From Lama guanicoe (lineage: Eukaryota): DNA of 64,000 nucleotides. The stretch is taken from positions 13,189,950-13,253,949 of the forward strand of contig MU054323.1 in assembly GCA_013239625.1 (NCBI GenBank), in the 5' to 3' direction. Below the pieces are notes generated by a model. That model made no database searches. It was not told the DNA's origin and was given only the letters and a program-made list of their open reading frames with translations. This document shows, piece after piece, positions 11,646 to 25,100 of the stretch (within the stretch, counting starts at the first letter, position 1; every line of letters starts with the position of its first letter). A program made the position numbers and the translations under genes.

Positions 11646-12864
11646 CTAAGGATTTAATAATAATAAGGTCTAAGAATTATTAATAATAGTGGTTTTCAGA
11701 AACATTGTGTCATGAATGAGTGATAGTTACTGAGTTCCTCTCTGAGCCTAGTACTGTATTAGGAAATGATTTCCATGTGCCGGAAGAGACGCAACCCTGG
11801 AATCAGAATGGTTACCCTTTGCAGGTTTCTCAGTGTCCCTCTTAAAGCTGAGGTTCTTCACCTTTCTGGGCAGCCTCTTGGTAGGCAGGACCCCACCAGG
11901 ACAGCATCCTTGCCGTGTGAAATGCCCGGGTTCGGGCTGCTTTTTCTCCTTACTCTGCATGTTAGTCTCCTGTAGCCTTCCTCCTGCCTGTGGAATTTTC
12001 CAGGGAACAGTCAGAAAAATCTCTTTGTTCACCAGGTCCTGTGAATTCCAGGGGATACGTGTCAAGCTCTCTAAAGAATTTTCACCCTCTTTGCTCCAGC
12101 GTGACAAGCTGGTTTCTGCAGCGCACAGCCAGTATTCCGGGAAGTGAGATGACTGTTAGCAGCTTTCGTCCTCGGCTTTGGGATGTCGCCAAAACCCCTT
12201 AACAAAAGTTCAGTTCCACAGTTTGCACGACAATACACAGAGACGATCCTCTTGGCCTACTAGTGCTCGGACATAGATGTGAGTAGTTTTGTCAGAAGCA
12301 GTGGACGGGAAGGTACATTTGCATAGATCCATCCTTATTCTAGTTAAGTCCTGCTTGGGATTAATGGTCAGCATTTTGAAAGAACTTGAGGATAGCTTTT
12401 AAGATACACTTGAATGATACCAAGTTGTCTAGACCCATCATACAACTGTCATCCTGACTTCCTGATAACATATGATCTCTGTCCAGAACTTTCCTACCAC
12501 AGTACCTAGATTTTGACTTCTGATCATGACGCTTGAGAGCACTTTAAACACAGTAAAGAAGCTGAATTGATGGACAATAGTCAATATGAATTTATTAGTT
12601 GAGATGGCAGAGCTGAAACTCCGCCTTCTTGATGCCACCAAAAGCCCACCGTTTTTCCTTCACCTCAGTCTGGCCTCTTCCTTTTCCCAGTGTGGTCCAC
12701 TGACACCTGGGTTCTGTGTCTCAGTCCCTGTCTCTGATTTCCTCTTATTTTACCTCCATCCAGCAGGCATAGTCTTAGCTGGGTGCTCTCAGTTTCCTCT
12801 GTTCCTCTGAAATACCTAGTTCATAGCCATAATGCAGATGGGAAGGAGAAAAGTTGAGTTGGTC

Positions 12865-13082
12865 TGGTGGTTCTCAACCAGGGTAAGTTTGGCTTTCCAG
12901 GAGGGACGTTTGGCAGTGTCAGGAGAACTTTTTTGGTTTTCCAGACTTGGGGGGAGGTACTCCTGGCATTTTATGGGTAGAGGCCAGAAATGCCACTAAG
13001 TATTCTACAGTGCGCGGAAGAGTCCCCGCAATGAAGAATTATTGGCCCAAAATGTCAACAGTGCCAAAGTTAAGGAGCCCTG
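12865..13082 (+). mobile_element. MER20 (hAT-Charlie) DNA transposon, about full length
   Basis: 218 bp collinear with the recalled MER20 consensus, from 'gtggttctcaacc' through 'gggtagaggccag' and 'aagaattattggcccaaaatgtcaacagtgcc' to 'ccctg'. Confidence 0.85.
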
Positions 13083-14119
13083 CTCTAAGCATCGCCTTTT
13101 TTCCTCATTGGAGAACATCTGGAACCCACATGTTCCAGAGGTATTTGCACCTCTTCAACCTCCAGATTATTCTCTGGGTAGAACCTCCAGCATTTTATCA
13201 CAAATGTACTCCAACTGATGGCTCTCTGAGCCCTCCTTGTACGAGTGTTCCCTAATAAACTGGACCCTGGCTCCTGTAGGCTTGGTTGCATTTGACCATG
13301 TATACGGGTGATCTCGTTGGATTGCGGAGGATACAAGGACTGAGTTGGTTTGGGATATCTCAGGATGACTCAACAAGTAGGACTGATTGGCCTTTATTAT
13401 GAGGATTCTTCAGAAACTGAAATAAGAAATAACAAATGGGAAAACGCTTAGCACAGGAGGCATTTTTTAAAAAAGCAGATCTCAGAAGTGATTGTATAAT
13501 AGAAACCACTTTTCAACACTAATCATTGCTACTGTGGACACTCGTTTGCAAAGTGTCTTGCTCTGGCTGTTGGGAAGGAAAAAAAGCCTAGTGTGTTTAT
13601 TTAAACAGTAGCATCATCACAGGTTCAAATAAATACAGCACCTTGGGAGGACGCGGGTTTGGTGTTTCTACCCCAGACGTCTTTACACGTGCCTTTTGAA
13701 GGGTCGGGTTGCCAAGTTTGAAAGAAAAAACTATCCAAGCATTAAAAAGTCTGACGTGTTATTTCACTTGTTGAAAAAAGAAAAACTTCTGTGGCCAAAA
13801 CACTCTAGGTTAGCTGGACAATGATGTATATATATCATGTTTTTCAAGTACTCACTTTTGGACAGAGAAAGAGCCCTGGAGAGCAAGTACAGACATTGCC
13901 TTCACCTGCACGTAACCTCTGATGGCAGTTTTCCGTCATGTTTTGGTCGTCTTGCCCAGGAAACTTGGAATTTTCACAGTTGATGCTTTGGCCCTTTTTT
14001 GCTTGACTGAAATGCCTGTTCTTAATTCCATCAATATAGGGGTGATGTATTTTATTGCTTATCTTCATAAGACCCCAAACACATAATTCACATGGCTGAT
14101 TTTTTTCCTGTTGCGCCTT

Positions 14120-14980
14120 TTCTTTAGTTATAGTAAAATAGAACATTTACCGTGTTAACCATTTGCGTGTGTGCTCCAGAGGTGCTGAGTACATCGACAG
14201 TGGTGTGCAGCTGTGACCGCTGTCTGTTTCCAGAGCTTTTCATTGTTCAGAGACTCTCTACCCATTTAACAATAGTTTCCCATTCCTCTCCCCCCTTAGT
14301 CCCCGATAACCTCCATTCTACTTCTGTCTCTCTAAATTTGCCTATTCTGGGTATTTCATATAAGTGGATTTATACAGCATTTGTCTTTTTGTGTCTGGCT
14401 TATTTCATTTGGCATAATGTTTTCAAAATTCATCTGTGCTGTAACGTGTGTCAGAATTTCTTTCCTTTTCAAGGCTGAATAATACTTCATTGTAGGGATA
14501 TGCTGCCTTTTGTTTATTCATTCATCTGTTGATGGACACTGAGGTTGTTTCCATCCACTGTGAAAAAGACTGCCGTGAACACAGCTGTACAAGTGCTGTT
14601 GGAGGCCCTGCTTTCATGTCTTTGAGATCTTTATCCAGAAATGGAATTGCTGGATCACATGGTAATTCTGTTCACCTTTTGGAGCACTTGTCACACTGTT
14701 TCCCACAGTGGTAGCACCATTTCACAGTCCTACCAGCAGTGCCCTAATGTCCTCACCACCACGTGTCACTTTCCTTTTTTCTTTCTTTCCTCTTTTTTTG
14801 TTTGGTAATAGCAATCCTGATGGGTGTGCAGTAGTATCTCCTTGTGCTTTTGGTTTGTGGTTCCCTGGTTACTGATGGTATTGAACCTCTTCTAATGGGC
14901 TTCTTGCTCTTTTGTATGTCTTCTCTGGAGAAATAGTCTGGCCCTTTGCCCAATTTCGAATTGGCTTGTTGTGGTGGATT
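14120..14980 (-). mobile_element. L1MB-like LINE fragment (end of ORF2 + 3'UTR)
   Basis: 'ctacttctgtctctctaaatttgcctattctgggtatttcatataagtgg', 'ggaattgctggatcacatggtaattct', 'tcttctctggagaaat'. The minus-strand ORF 14753-15013 has decayed ORF2-like text (YFSREDIQ). Confidence 0.85.
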
Positions 14981-16329
14981 TTTTTTAAAAGAACTGGGAT
15001 TTCCACTTAGCATGTTAGGCTTTTAATTACAGTGTGACCTATAGCTGCTCTCAACTGTGGATTTTGTGGGAGACCTTTTGGGAGTTCTAGTCCTGGGCTT
15101 CCCTTCTGGACCAGACTCATCTGTTAAGTATTAATTTTTTCATCTGTACCAGGAGGAGTTTAAGGAGTAGATGTTCAAGATCTCTTGCAACCCTAAAAGG
15201 TTGTTATCCCCTTTCATATAAATCCTGTTTTAGGAAAATGACCTTAAGAGTGTGGATGGAGTTAGGGTATCTTGAGTATGTTTGATTCTGAAAATATCTA
15301 CTGTCACTTCCACATACAGTGTGTTCCCTTTTTCACTTCTTTGGCTCCACTTTCCACTTTAAGTCAAAGGATGATTTTATGCAAGTGTAGTAACATATTG
15401 TGTGGTGATGTGTCATCAACCTGGTGTGCTTGGTCAGAACACTGGAGGCCTGAAACATTTGACAAGCTTACAGATGATTCTGTGTTGTTCTTGCCTGCTC
15501 TTTTAGATCAAAGTGCTCAGAAGAGCTTGGCCAGAAACAGAATGACTCCTTGGTGGCCTGAAGGAAGCACAGTTTGTATGGAGTGGGATGAAAGGATGGA
15601 GTTGGGTTGTAGAGAGCTAGTTTTGTTTGTTTGTTTTTTTGGTGGGTAAAACTACACTGAAGGCCTCTGTGCCTTAGAAGGTGCTGGGCCCCTTCTACAA
15701 ACTATAACAAATGAGTGGTTGGGGATTAAAACTCTGAGCTATAAGGGTTTGATCACCTTTGCGGGGGGAAGGGGTAGGGGCATCAAGTCAAAAACTAGTT
15801 TTAAACTTAAGGAATATATTTGAAGAGGTAGCTTTTCCATCTGATACACGTTTGGGTTCATTTATCTCTTGCCAGTTCCCTGGGTTATCTTAATTTCCTT
15901 GGATTAACAGCTCGTTGAATTTTTTCTTCCTGTGGAATCAGCAGCAGTCAAAATCCAGAGTGTAACAGCGCCCGTGCTGGAAACCCGGCCTGCCGTGTGG
16001 CCCTGGAGGCATCGTGGGCTCCCCTTTCCTTCGGGAGGCTGGAGGGGAAGGGAGGTTGGGGTGTTCATTTGCAGCCCCTGTCACGAGGTGCTCTCTGCCA
16101 ATTCCTTACATTGGCTGTTCCCACATACTATTCTCACTGTGGTTTTCCCAGAACGCAGCAGAGCTCTGTGTACCTGTGTCAAGACTCTATAGCAGACTGT
16201 CTTCAGCTCTGCCCCATTTTAATGCACCTCTTTCCCCTGACTGTCTTTTGACTCATGCTGAAATTACTGTTAAAAGACCTAAGGGGCAGATTTTTAAAAA
16301 ACAGTTGATTTCTTTGATATCTTTAAATA

Positions 16330-17440
16330 TATCTATGTAATTAGCTTTTTTGATTGTGTAACACATGGTACAAAATTTAAAAAACATAAGAGAGCCTGCT
16401 TGAGAGTAAAAGAGAAGCCTTCATTCCATCAGTCTTCTAAATATCCACTGTCTTTTGTGGGGGAAAATACTCTTACCCACTTCTTGAGTAGTGTTCTTGA
16501 ATTTTAATGTGGGGGCATATAACCTTGAAACTGCTAGAATATGTTATTTACGGTATTTCTCTGCTTCGTTCACTTAGCAGTTCATACCGGCACTGACAAA
16601 TCTGCCTTGTTCTTATTAACAGCTGCATAATATTCCATCCTGGCATTTACCATAGAGTGTATTCAACATACATACCATACCACTAGACTGTATTCAACAT
16701 TTGCCTTTGCAACTTTTGCTGTTACCATCGAAGCTGTAGTGATTAATAAATTTTTAGTACACATAAGTAATTATCTGAGGATAAATTCTCAGAAGGGAAA
16801 TTGCTGCATCAAAGGGTACATTCTGGGTTAACTTTAGAAGATATGTACCAAATCATCTGCTGTAAAAGTTGAATCACTTACTTTCCCGATACTGAGAATT
16901 TAAATTAGGATTTAGAATCCTCATTTGCATCTCCCGATAGTGATATTGTTTGTGTCATCATACTCTTTCCAATAGAGATTATTAAGAGTTTTGAGCTCTG
17001 CAGCTCTGACAGATGAGAGTTCTAATTTGTATTTTACGTGCGTGAGAATGCATCTTCTCATGTGTCTAAAGCAGTTTCTCAACCTCAGCGTTATTTCCAC
17101 TTGGGCTGGGTACTCCTTTGCTTCCAGGGTCTGTCCTGTGCATTGTAGGATGTTTAGCAGCATCCTGGTCCCTGTGCACTAGATTCAAGTAGCATCCCTT
17201 GTCCCCACCCTGCTCCCAAGTTGTAACAAGTAAAAATGTCTCCAGGCAGTGGCCAGTGCTTCTGGGGGCAAAATCACTGGTTGAGAGCCCACTGGTCTCA
17301 AAGTTTTTCTCCTTTGCCTGTTTTTGCTTCCCATTGGATTATTGATATTTTAACTTTGCTTATGGATAGTTTTGGGATTTTTTTTTTCCTGTTTGGCCAT
17401 GCACAGATTTTAGATTTTTATATAATCAGACTTACAGTCT
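16330..17440 (-). mobile_element. Old L1ME-like fragment, split by a MER20
   Basis: 'agctgcataatattccat', 'ggataaattctcagaagggaaattgctgcatcaaagggta', 'ttttagatttttatataatcagactt'. Confidence 0.55.
17070..17294 (-). mobile_element. MER20 DNA transposon, reverse orientation
   Basis: 'tgtcctgtgcattgtaggatgtttagcagcatcc...aaaaatgtctccag...ctgggggcaaaatcactggttgaga' is the reverse complement of MER20. Confidence 0.85.
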
Positions 17441-17639
17441 GCTTCTTACTACTTACATATAATTGATAGAGAAATTTGTTTTTGATAATGTTTAGTTAAT
17501 CAAATAAGGGTACCAAATTGACCTTCTGCCTTCGATCAGCAGGGACACCTGTTCAGTCTTAGACAACAAACTCCGAGGGGGATACCAGAGTAAGACTTGA
17601 ATTTTGGTGAGTGGCGTATGAATACACTGAGTGGATTAG

Positions 17640-18250
17640 AAATCTTCACCTACCACTTTCTGGGTGCCTTCTGCTTACCCGGCCCTGTGTTGGTCACCTT
17701 CCATTTGTTAGATTTTAACCTTACAGCAGCCTGAATCAGCCGGTTTTTATTGTCACTTTATAGATGAGGAAATTCAGGAGCAAAGAGTCTAAGTCACTTG
17801 TGCAAGGACACAGAGCGAGCAGGTCGCACAGCTGGACTTGGGAACCGAGATCCTGCAGCAGCCCAGGGCCGTGCTCTGCCCTGTGTGGTGCTGTCTGTCC
17901 CATAGTCACCCCTCTCTGCCAGGCTTGGCATGAAGCCTCAAGGAATTTTGGGGGGGGGAAGCACACTTGATGTGTCTGTGAGATCCATTTTCTTTCTGCT
18001 GGGTCTGGACAGACCTGCAGAGTACTTTGACCTGTCCCATTTGATCCAAGCCATTCACTGAAATCTTGAGTCTTGGCCTGAGCCCTGTCACATCCTTGTG
18101 TGTGAAGCAGACTTTCCTCATCTCTAGAACAGGAGGGATTAATACCCACCTCATCGAGTTGGTCTGAGGGTTAAATGAAGCATGGTTTGTTAGAATGCTT
18201 TGTGATCAGAATAGTGTCTGTATTACCAGGGGTTACTGTTGGTAAATAAT
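17640..18250. mobile_element. Two MIR remnants in opposite orientations
   Basis: 'tttatagatgaggaaattcagg...aagtcacttgtgcaaggacacag' (~17755-17850) and 'tttcctcatctctagaacaggagggattaatacccacctcat...gagggttaaatga' (~18110-18180). Confidence 0.65.
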
Positions 18251-19059
18251 TGCTTGGTTACTGCACATCACACATTTGATTACATCAAAATACAATTAGC
18301 TATAACACTGCACATATTTAAACATATTGTAAGATAAGAGATTGGCATTAACAAAAGTAACTGATATATATGGTATTATGTACATTAAATTAAACTGAAT
18401 CAAACATCATGAATTAATAGCATTGCCTAGTCTGTAAATATTACATCATTTAGCTGCCATTTCAAGTCTGACAAAGAAATTATCTCCTCCTACACATAGC
18501 TGTAATAAATTTTAGGAGAATCTGAAGAATTTGATCCCATTTAATTTACTATTTGGGGTTTTCATAAAGAATTTGAACACTTCACAGTTCTGCAAATGAC
18601 AAATTTCTACACTATCAATAGTTACTCCATGGGTGACTTAAGAGCAGATTTTTAAATTTGGATTCAAAGCATGCATGGAAAACACGTGATTTCCCTCTCT
18701 TCTGAAGTCCTTAGCCTTCGAAATATAAAAATAACCTTAAAATTACAGATGCTGAAAAATTTATAAGCCAAACATCAAAGATACTGGATTCCAGAGACTT
18801 GTCTGGGATTATTTAAAGCAGTATTAGTGCAAGGAGAATTACCATGTGGCTGATGTATGTACTGAAATGAAGAGCTGGGAGGACGGTGAGTAATGAAGGA
18901 AGGTGGCTTATTTGCTGTTACAAATGTTTCTGAAAAGCCAAAAGCTAATGATCAGATGATTGTACCAGATAATCCTGTGTGCACGAGGAGTCCTTGTTTC
19001 TTGGAAATTTGTGGGGATTTGTTTTGTGACGTGAACGCAGGACCCATAGAGCTGAGAGT

Positions 19060-19190
19060 AACTCAGAGAACATTGAGTTTACCCTTTTCATTTTACGCAT
19101 CGGAAAGCTGAGGCCCAGAGAGGGAAGGGGATGGCCTGAAGGTCACAGCTAGTGGCAGAGCTCAGATTCAGACCCTGCCTTGGGATTCTC
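19060..19190. mobile_element. MIR core
   Basis: 'cattttac...gaaagctgaggcccagagagggaagggg...ggcctgaaggtcacagctagtggcagagc'. Confidence 0.7.
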
Positions 19191-22100
19191 ATTGCATTGC
19201 CAGATGAGATTGTTTGTGTAAGATTTCTGTGTTTGGAGTTGTCCTAAAGTGGCCTTCTGTTGGACGATGCCACTTTGTGGCAACTTGTAACGCAGCTTGC
19301 ATTGTGTCAGAGAGGAGTATCCAAAAGGGATTCTTTTTGAGCCATTCCCTACCGACCCCAGGTGGAGGTGGGAGTCACTGGGTAACTGGGCTGATCATAC
19401 TCCAAAAACGTACATGTAAAACAGTATTCCCCAATCACTACGAACCTTTGCTTAACGAAAGAATGTGTAGATGATGCTGTGTAAACTTCAGATAGAGACT
19501 GATGTGTAGAATGCCAAACCCAAATATCCAGGGATTAAGAGTTAAAAATACAAGTAGTCATGCAGAAGGAACAACCCAGGGCATTGGCAGGCGAGCCTTC
19601 CTGTCCCAGCTATGGAAGGCTGCTGCCGACCCCCAGCACCTTCTGCTGGGCATGGTAAAGACTGAATGCCCCAGTTTTATACCATTTTCTGGAATTAACC
19701 AAGAGGAGAAATTGAGAGGGGACATTTCAGATAAGCTCCTGGAGACTCAGTGTTCCCTAGCTAGTTTCTAGAGGGGTCCTGAGTAACATTTTCTGAGATC
19801 ATTGAAAGGAAGTCAAATAATAAAGGACCTTTGATTCATCAACATTGTGGTTGTCAAAGGAGTCACCTTCTAGCCAGAAGATGGAAGCTTTCTTTCCAGT
19901 GATTCACACGTATCACCCTGGACAGTTCGGCTTCCTGGAATTTAAAATGTAAACTCAGGTCCCCTGGCAATAACTTTTACACACCAGAAATCAGCACATC
20001 CTAAATGCCAGGTAGCTGTGAAGATAAACTGTTCAGTTTCAAAATGGTGGAAGCACAGCGCGCCTCTTCTCTCCTGCAGAACTGATGGCGCGCTCTTAGT
20101 CCAGCACATCATGGAGTGAGACAGGAAACATTTGTTTGGAGAGCTCATTTAAGGTGAGATGAAAATGTCTATTGTGCTTCTTTGTCTCCTGGCCAGACAG
20201 GATGCAATGGGACGGGAATGCAGGGGGTTTAGGGTGTGCTTAATCCCGGCCCTGGGCGTGCCTCTGTGAGCGCGGGAACAAAGCTGCAGCCTGGTGAGCT
20301 GTGGCCGGAGCAGCAGCAGCTGCGCTCAGCGTGGCTCCCTCCCCTTGGCTGTGACTGAGCCCTGCTAGTCTTTAGAGAGGAGCAGCCTGTGGCCACCATG
20401 GCCCTGCAACTCAAGGGTTTCCTATCACACTTGATGAAAACTATGGGTCCCTCCAGGCTGTAGCTAAATTAATGCTCGTTGTCCCTCCGAACCTTGAGGG
20501 CTTGCTATAAAGTCCCAGGTACGCCCGCTCAGCGGCCACTTAATCAAGCTGTTGAGTTTGAGTTATCAAAAAGCCACTGCTGCCAACACTGCCTGTCCAG
20601 CACCTTTAACAGTAAAATTACTGGTTCCATGGCTGGAGAGAGGGCTTCTGTTCCTCATCTATTTCTTCCTCTTTGTGCCTGATCATTCAACTCTTCAAGT
20701 ACTTTTAAACAGTAGGAACACCAGTGATCGTGCTTCTGTTGAAGGCGCTGGCGCTGCTCACCGACTCTGCCTCTTGGATCTGTGGATTGGTCCAGTTCAG
20801 GCTTCTTTAGCTTCCTGTGTGATAATTTGATGGATTATTGGAGAAGAAAAATTCCCAGAGCAGAACAGTGGGGCAAGGTCTGGTCCAGAGCTGGGCTGTT
20901 GGAATACCTTCTGTGTACCCAGCAAGAGTCTGAGGGATTTTCACATACGATTTCTCTGCATCCTGAGAACAATGGGTGTATTATTTCCATTTACTGATTC
21001 CGAAAGAGAGGCCTAGCAGGTTTAAGGAAAGTCCTCAATCCAGAGAACTGTAGTACTCAATCCAACTGTAAAAATAACTGTTGTGGACGATTTCCATTTC
21101 TGTAGCCACGTAGAGAAAATTTATTAGGGTCTTGAGGAGACTGGCCCCTTTTAATTGTTGATAGATGAATAACAGCAAGACTTGAAGTTAATGGAATCCA
21201 AGTGCCTTGGAATTGCTTTTGAGCGGATCATTCATGTGGTCAGGGCAACGCTGCTTCCAAGGGAATATTTTGATTGATTGTGTCAGCGTCCTTGGGTGGC
21301 CCTCCCGAGAGCTTGAATGCTTGTGTAAGTTTGGTTTCCTCTAGTTAGCTTTTAAGCTTTGACAGATGACGTACCACATCTTCTTTTTATTCTGTTCCTC
21401 TAATAATGATTAGTAAAATAAATGGAAAAGTATGGGAATTCAGTGCAGTGGGTTGACCGACTATAGAATAGGCTTTTTTTTAGCTCTGTTGCAAATAACT
21501 ACATATTGTAGATAAGCATACTGTTACTTTGGTGTTTGGCCCTTGTGATTGACTAGCAGCAACTCTTCTGTCTCATTATTGATGACTGCAGTAGTTAGGG
21601 ATGGAAGGTAGGTTTTACCTACCAACTGTACCTGTGGCTGACCCATGCAGTGTGTTGAGAAGGATTCAGTGTCTCTGTGTAGGCCCACCAAGAGCCCTGA
21701 TAGACTAGTAATTTTTGTTAAAGATGCAGAAGGAGAGAGAGCGGCACCTGCTCTGCAGCTGCTGCTTCTGTGGGTGTTTGCAGGAGCCCACCGGTCACAC
21801 CAGTAATGACTGGGCCTTTCTGTCCCCTCCTGGCCTCGCTAAAATCTGTTGGGACAATCATGGTAGACTTTGAATATTGATTCTTCTCTTTATTAACAGT
21901 GTGCTTTGGAAAGAAAACTAAGTGTCTCAGAATCTGTGAACTCTTCTATAACTTGGCATAAAAATAAGTCTTTCCCAGGACTGCTGTAAGGGGTGGCTGA
22001 GATCATGGATATAATGCCCTATAAAAGAGCAGGTGTCCAACAACTGTTGGGACCTTTCCCGTATGTAGATGCCAGATAGCCATTTCCTTATTGTCCTTGC

Positions 22101-25100
22101 CTCCTGCAAACAAATAAGTATATTTTTATATGGATAAGTAATGTGAGCGGTGGCATGAAGGCATTTTAAAATAGGCATGTTATCATTTCTGTCACTTTGA
22201 TGTCTTAAATGCATTAGCTGAAGAAGGTTAATATATTTTAATTCATTAAAGTAAGTGGAAACCTTTCAACAGCTTCATACTGGGCATATTAAAGAACTTG
22301 CATCTTAGAATAAACAGTTGATAGCTTTTACTGATGATCTGTTTTAGAAATTTTAAATCACTTGGTTCATTACTAAATAATCTCTTCTGTACTTCTGGAC
22401 AGTTCTTACTCAGTCCTTTTTGTCTTGTATCCCTCAAGGCATTGGAGTTGCTTCTTCCCAGTGGGAATGGAGTGACTTGGTCAAAGTGAGCATACTTGCT
22501 TGTGTCCCTTGGTAGCTTTACAGGAGCCTGAAAAACACAGTGAGGAATGTCTTGTTAGACACATAATTTGAGAATAGAGTGACAGCTATACATGTGTAAC
22601 TTCTATGTTTCAGTTGGCTCAGAAGAGCAAATTTAGAGGGAGACAGTAATGTCTTTCTGATCTACCCTTTGCAGCTGAAGTGTTGAATATAAGGTGCTAG
22701 AAATAGAGGGTGACATTTATCAATCGTGAGTGTTTAGTGTGTTTGCATTTGTATGTGTGTCAGTAGATTCATGCATAATAAATGAGTGTATAGAAAGACA
22801 GCGGTGAAATGACTTAGTAAAAATCAAAATGAGTTCTTCCTTAACCATCATTTTTCTTGTTTGCTTTAGGAATTCTGACTGGATAGCATGATCATATATC
22901 TAATGACTACTTGGAAAATTCTGTCAATCTCTGGTTTTTCCTTTTTTCCGTGGGATATTGGGCTATGAAAATGACAATTTTCCATTTAGATAGTAAGAAC
23001 CCTATGGTTTTATGCTAATGACGAAAGCAGAAATTTTGCTCTTGCCCTTGAATCAAGTTTAAGCTTTCCTAATCTGGACCATATTGATTACACATACATT
23101 TGACAAACAAGATTCGCTACTTTCCTCTGCTTGGCTGTTGAGCAGCTTGTTAACAGCTCACAGATTCAATCATAAATCACTCATGAAGATTATGAATAAA
23201 CTAGAGGTTTTTCCACATGTATATAGCCTTTCTCTTGCAGTGAAGCTTCATAATTCAAAGTGAGGTATTAATGAAATATTTTTGTTGTAGTTTTCTTACT
23301 TCTTTTTTTTTAAAAGAGGAACAATGTAAGTGAGCAATTAATTGAATTTTGTAAGGAGAGTTCAGAAGAGACCTGCCAGATAGAGATAAGACTATTGTCT
23401 TTAGACTCTCAGCCGACAGAAGTGGCACAAATATATGTTAGAAGCAAAGGAAAAGGGCTTTGAAAAAAGCAAGTGAGAGAATGTTAGATGTAGACCTAAG
23501 AAATAGAAAGCTTTAGGAGACTTAAAAATCATCATTTAACTTTAGGAATATCCCAGTTGGTTAAAAATAATGGAAAGAAGACAAAACATGGTTTTTAACA
23601 TATTCTGGGTATAATAGTAAAAGGTTTAAGACAATGCGGGGCTTGTGACTAAGGCAGCAGAAGTTAAATCTTTCCAGGATTGTTGCTCTCTTTGTGGTGG
23701 AAAGAGCGCTGGGAGCCGTCTGAAATACCATGGAGTGCTAGCTGACCACTGTCACTGCACTTAGAACATGACCTATTTTGGTGTCCTTTGGAATAAAAAG
23801 GAACATACAAAGCTGTACTGGGAAAAATATTCTTAATTGATCCGTGTATAAACTCAGAGTTTACCTTTGGGTCCTCTGGCCTCTGTCAGAAGGCTGAAGC
23901 GTTGGCTCCACTGAGGTTCATTCAGACCGTTGACTTTGGGCACCTACTGAGGACTCTCTAGGTGCAGAGAAGGCAGGAGCCCCCGGGCCTGCAGGGAGCA
24001 GTCAAAGGAGGCCTTGCTGCCTGGGAGGACGTGGGGTGGTGCTGGCGCCCAGTAGCCGAAGAAGAAGGAAGAGGAATTCTTCCAGAACATAGCCAGAGGC
24101 ATGACACGTGCATTGGCATGGATTCGGGAGAGAGAGTGCTTCCGCTCCAGGAATCACAAGTAGATCAGTTTTGTGGTCTAGAATGCCAGAGGCAGGCCGT
24201 GGTGGAGATAAGACTGGCAGCACCCGGCATTTAATGAGCTGTTACCACGAGCCAAGCCTTGAAATCTTACCACAAATACCACAAGGCAGCCCACGGGCTT
24301 ATTACCCAAATTCCACTGAGGAAAATGGGAGTTTGGAGTCTTGGAGGTGATGGAGAGCCATAGATAAATCATGCAGGGAAGTAAGGTAATTGAGTATACA
24401 TGCCAGAAAGTACATTCTGGTGATGGAAAGAACTCTTTGGAGAGAAGGGAGATAGGAGGTCAGGAGGCTATCGAATAGCCAAGGGCCATGGGGAGTGGAG
24501 AGGAAGAAATGAACAGAGATACCGAAGAGAGAGAGTCAGCAGAACTTGGTTATAGCTGATGTGTGTGTTACAGGACGGTGAGGAAACTTGGCTCCGATGC
24601 TTACGGGTAATGTTAAGCAATATTCTTTCATATCCAATAGATGATATGACCATAAAAGTTTAGCACTGGGAAGTAAATTGATATAGCAGTTAGATCTGTT
24701 GTTTTACCATTTAGAAACCCAGATTCTAGAGAGCTGAACTGCATCGCTGAGGGTTGTTCAGCCGTGGGGTGCAGAACTCGGAGTGCGACTCAGGTCTCTA
24801 GGCTCCCAGTGCACAGAGTTTTCTCACACACTAGGCTTGTAACTTATATAAAACAAAATCTCTATAGTAAAGGTGACTGTATGACACCTTGGAAGTATTA
24901 TTATTGTCATTATTATTAATTGGTTGGATCTCTTTCCTGATAAAAATAATAGGTTAGAAAATGTGAATCATGTGGTAAAGTTGCTTGAATACATCGGTTC
25001 TATGAAGAGAATAAACAGAATTTTAGAAGTGAACTAGTGAAAACGCTTTGCTCCAAGTGGCTTGCGAAAATATGTATTTGAAGTTGCTGGGGTTCAAGCT

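Noticed and set aside
11640..11690. Short duplication taaggtctaag...taataat (similar: tgtattcaacat twice at 16658-16700; tatacagt twice at ~39450)
   Set aside because: Ordinary slippage or micro-duplications at or in old repeats; only two units, not an array.
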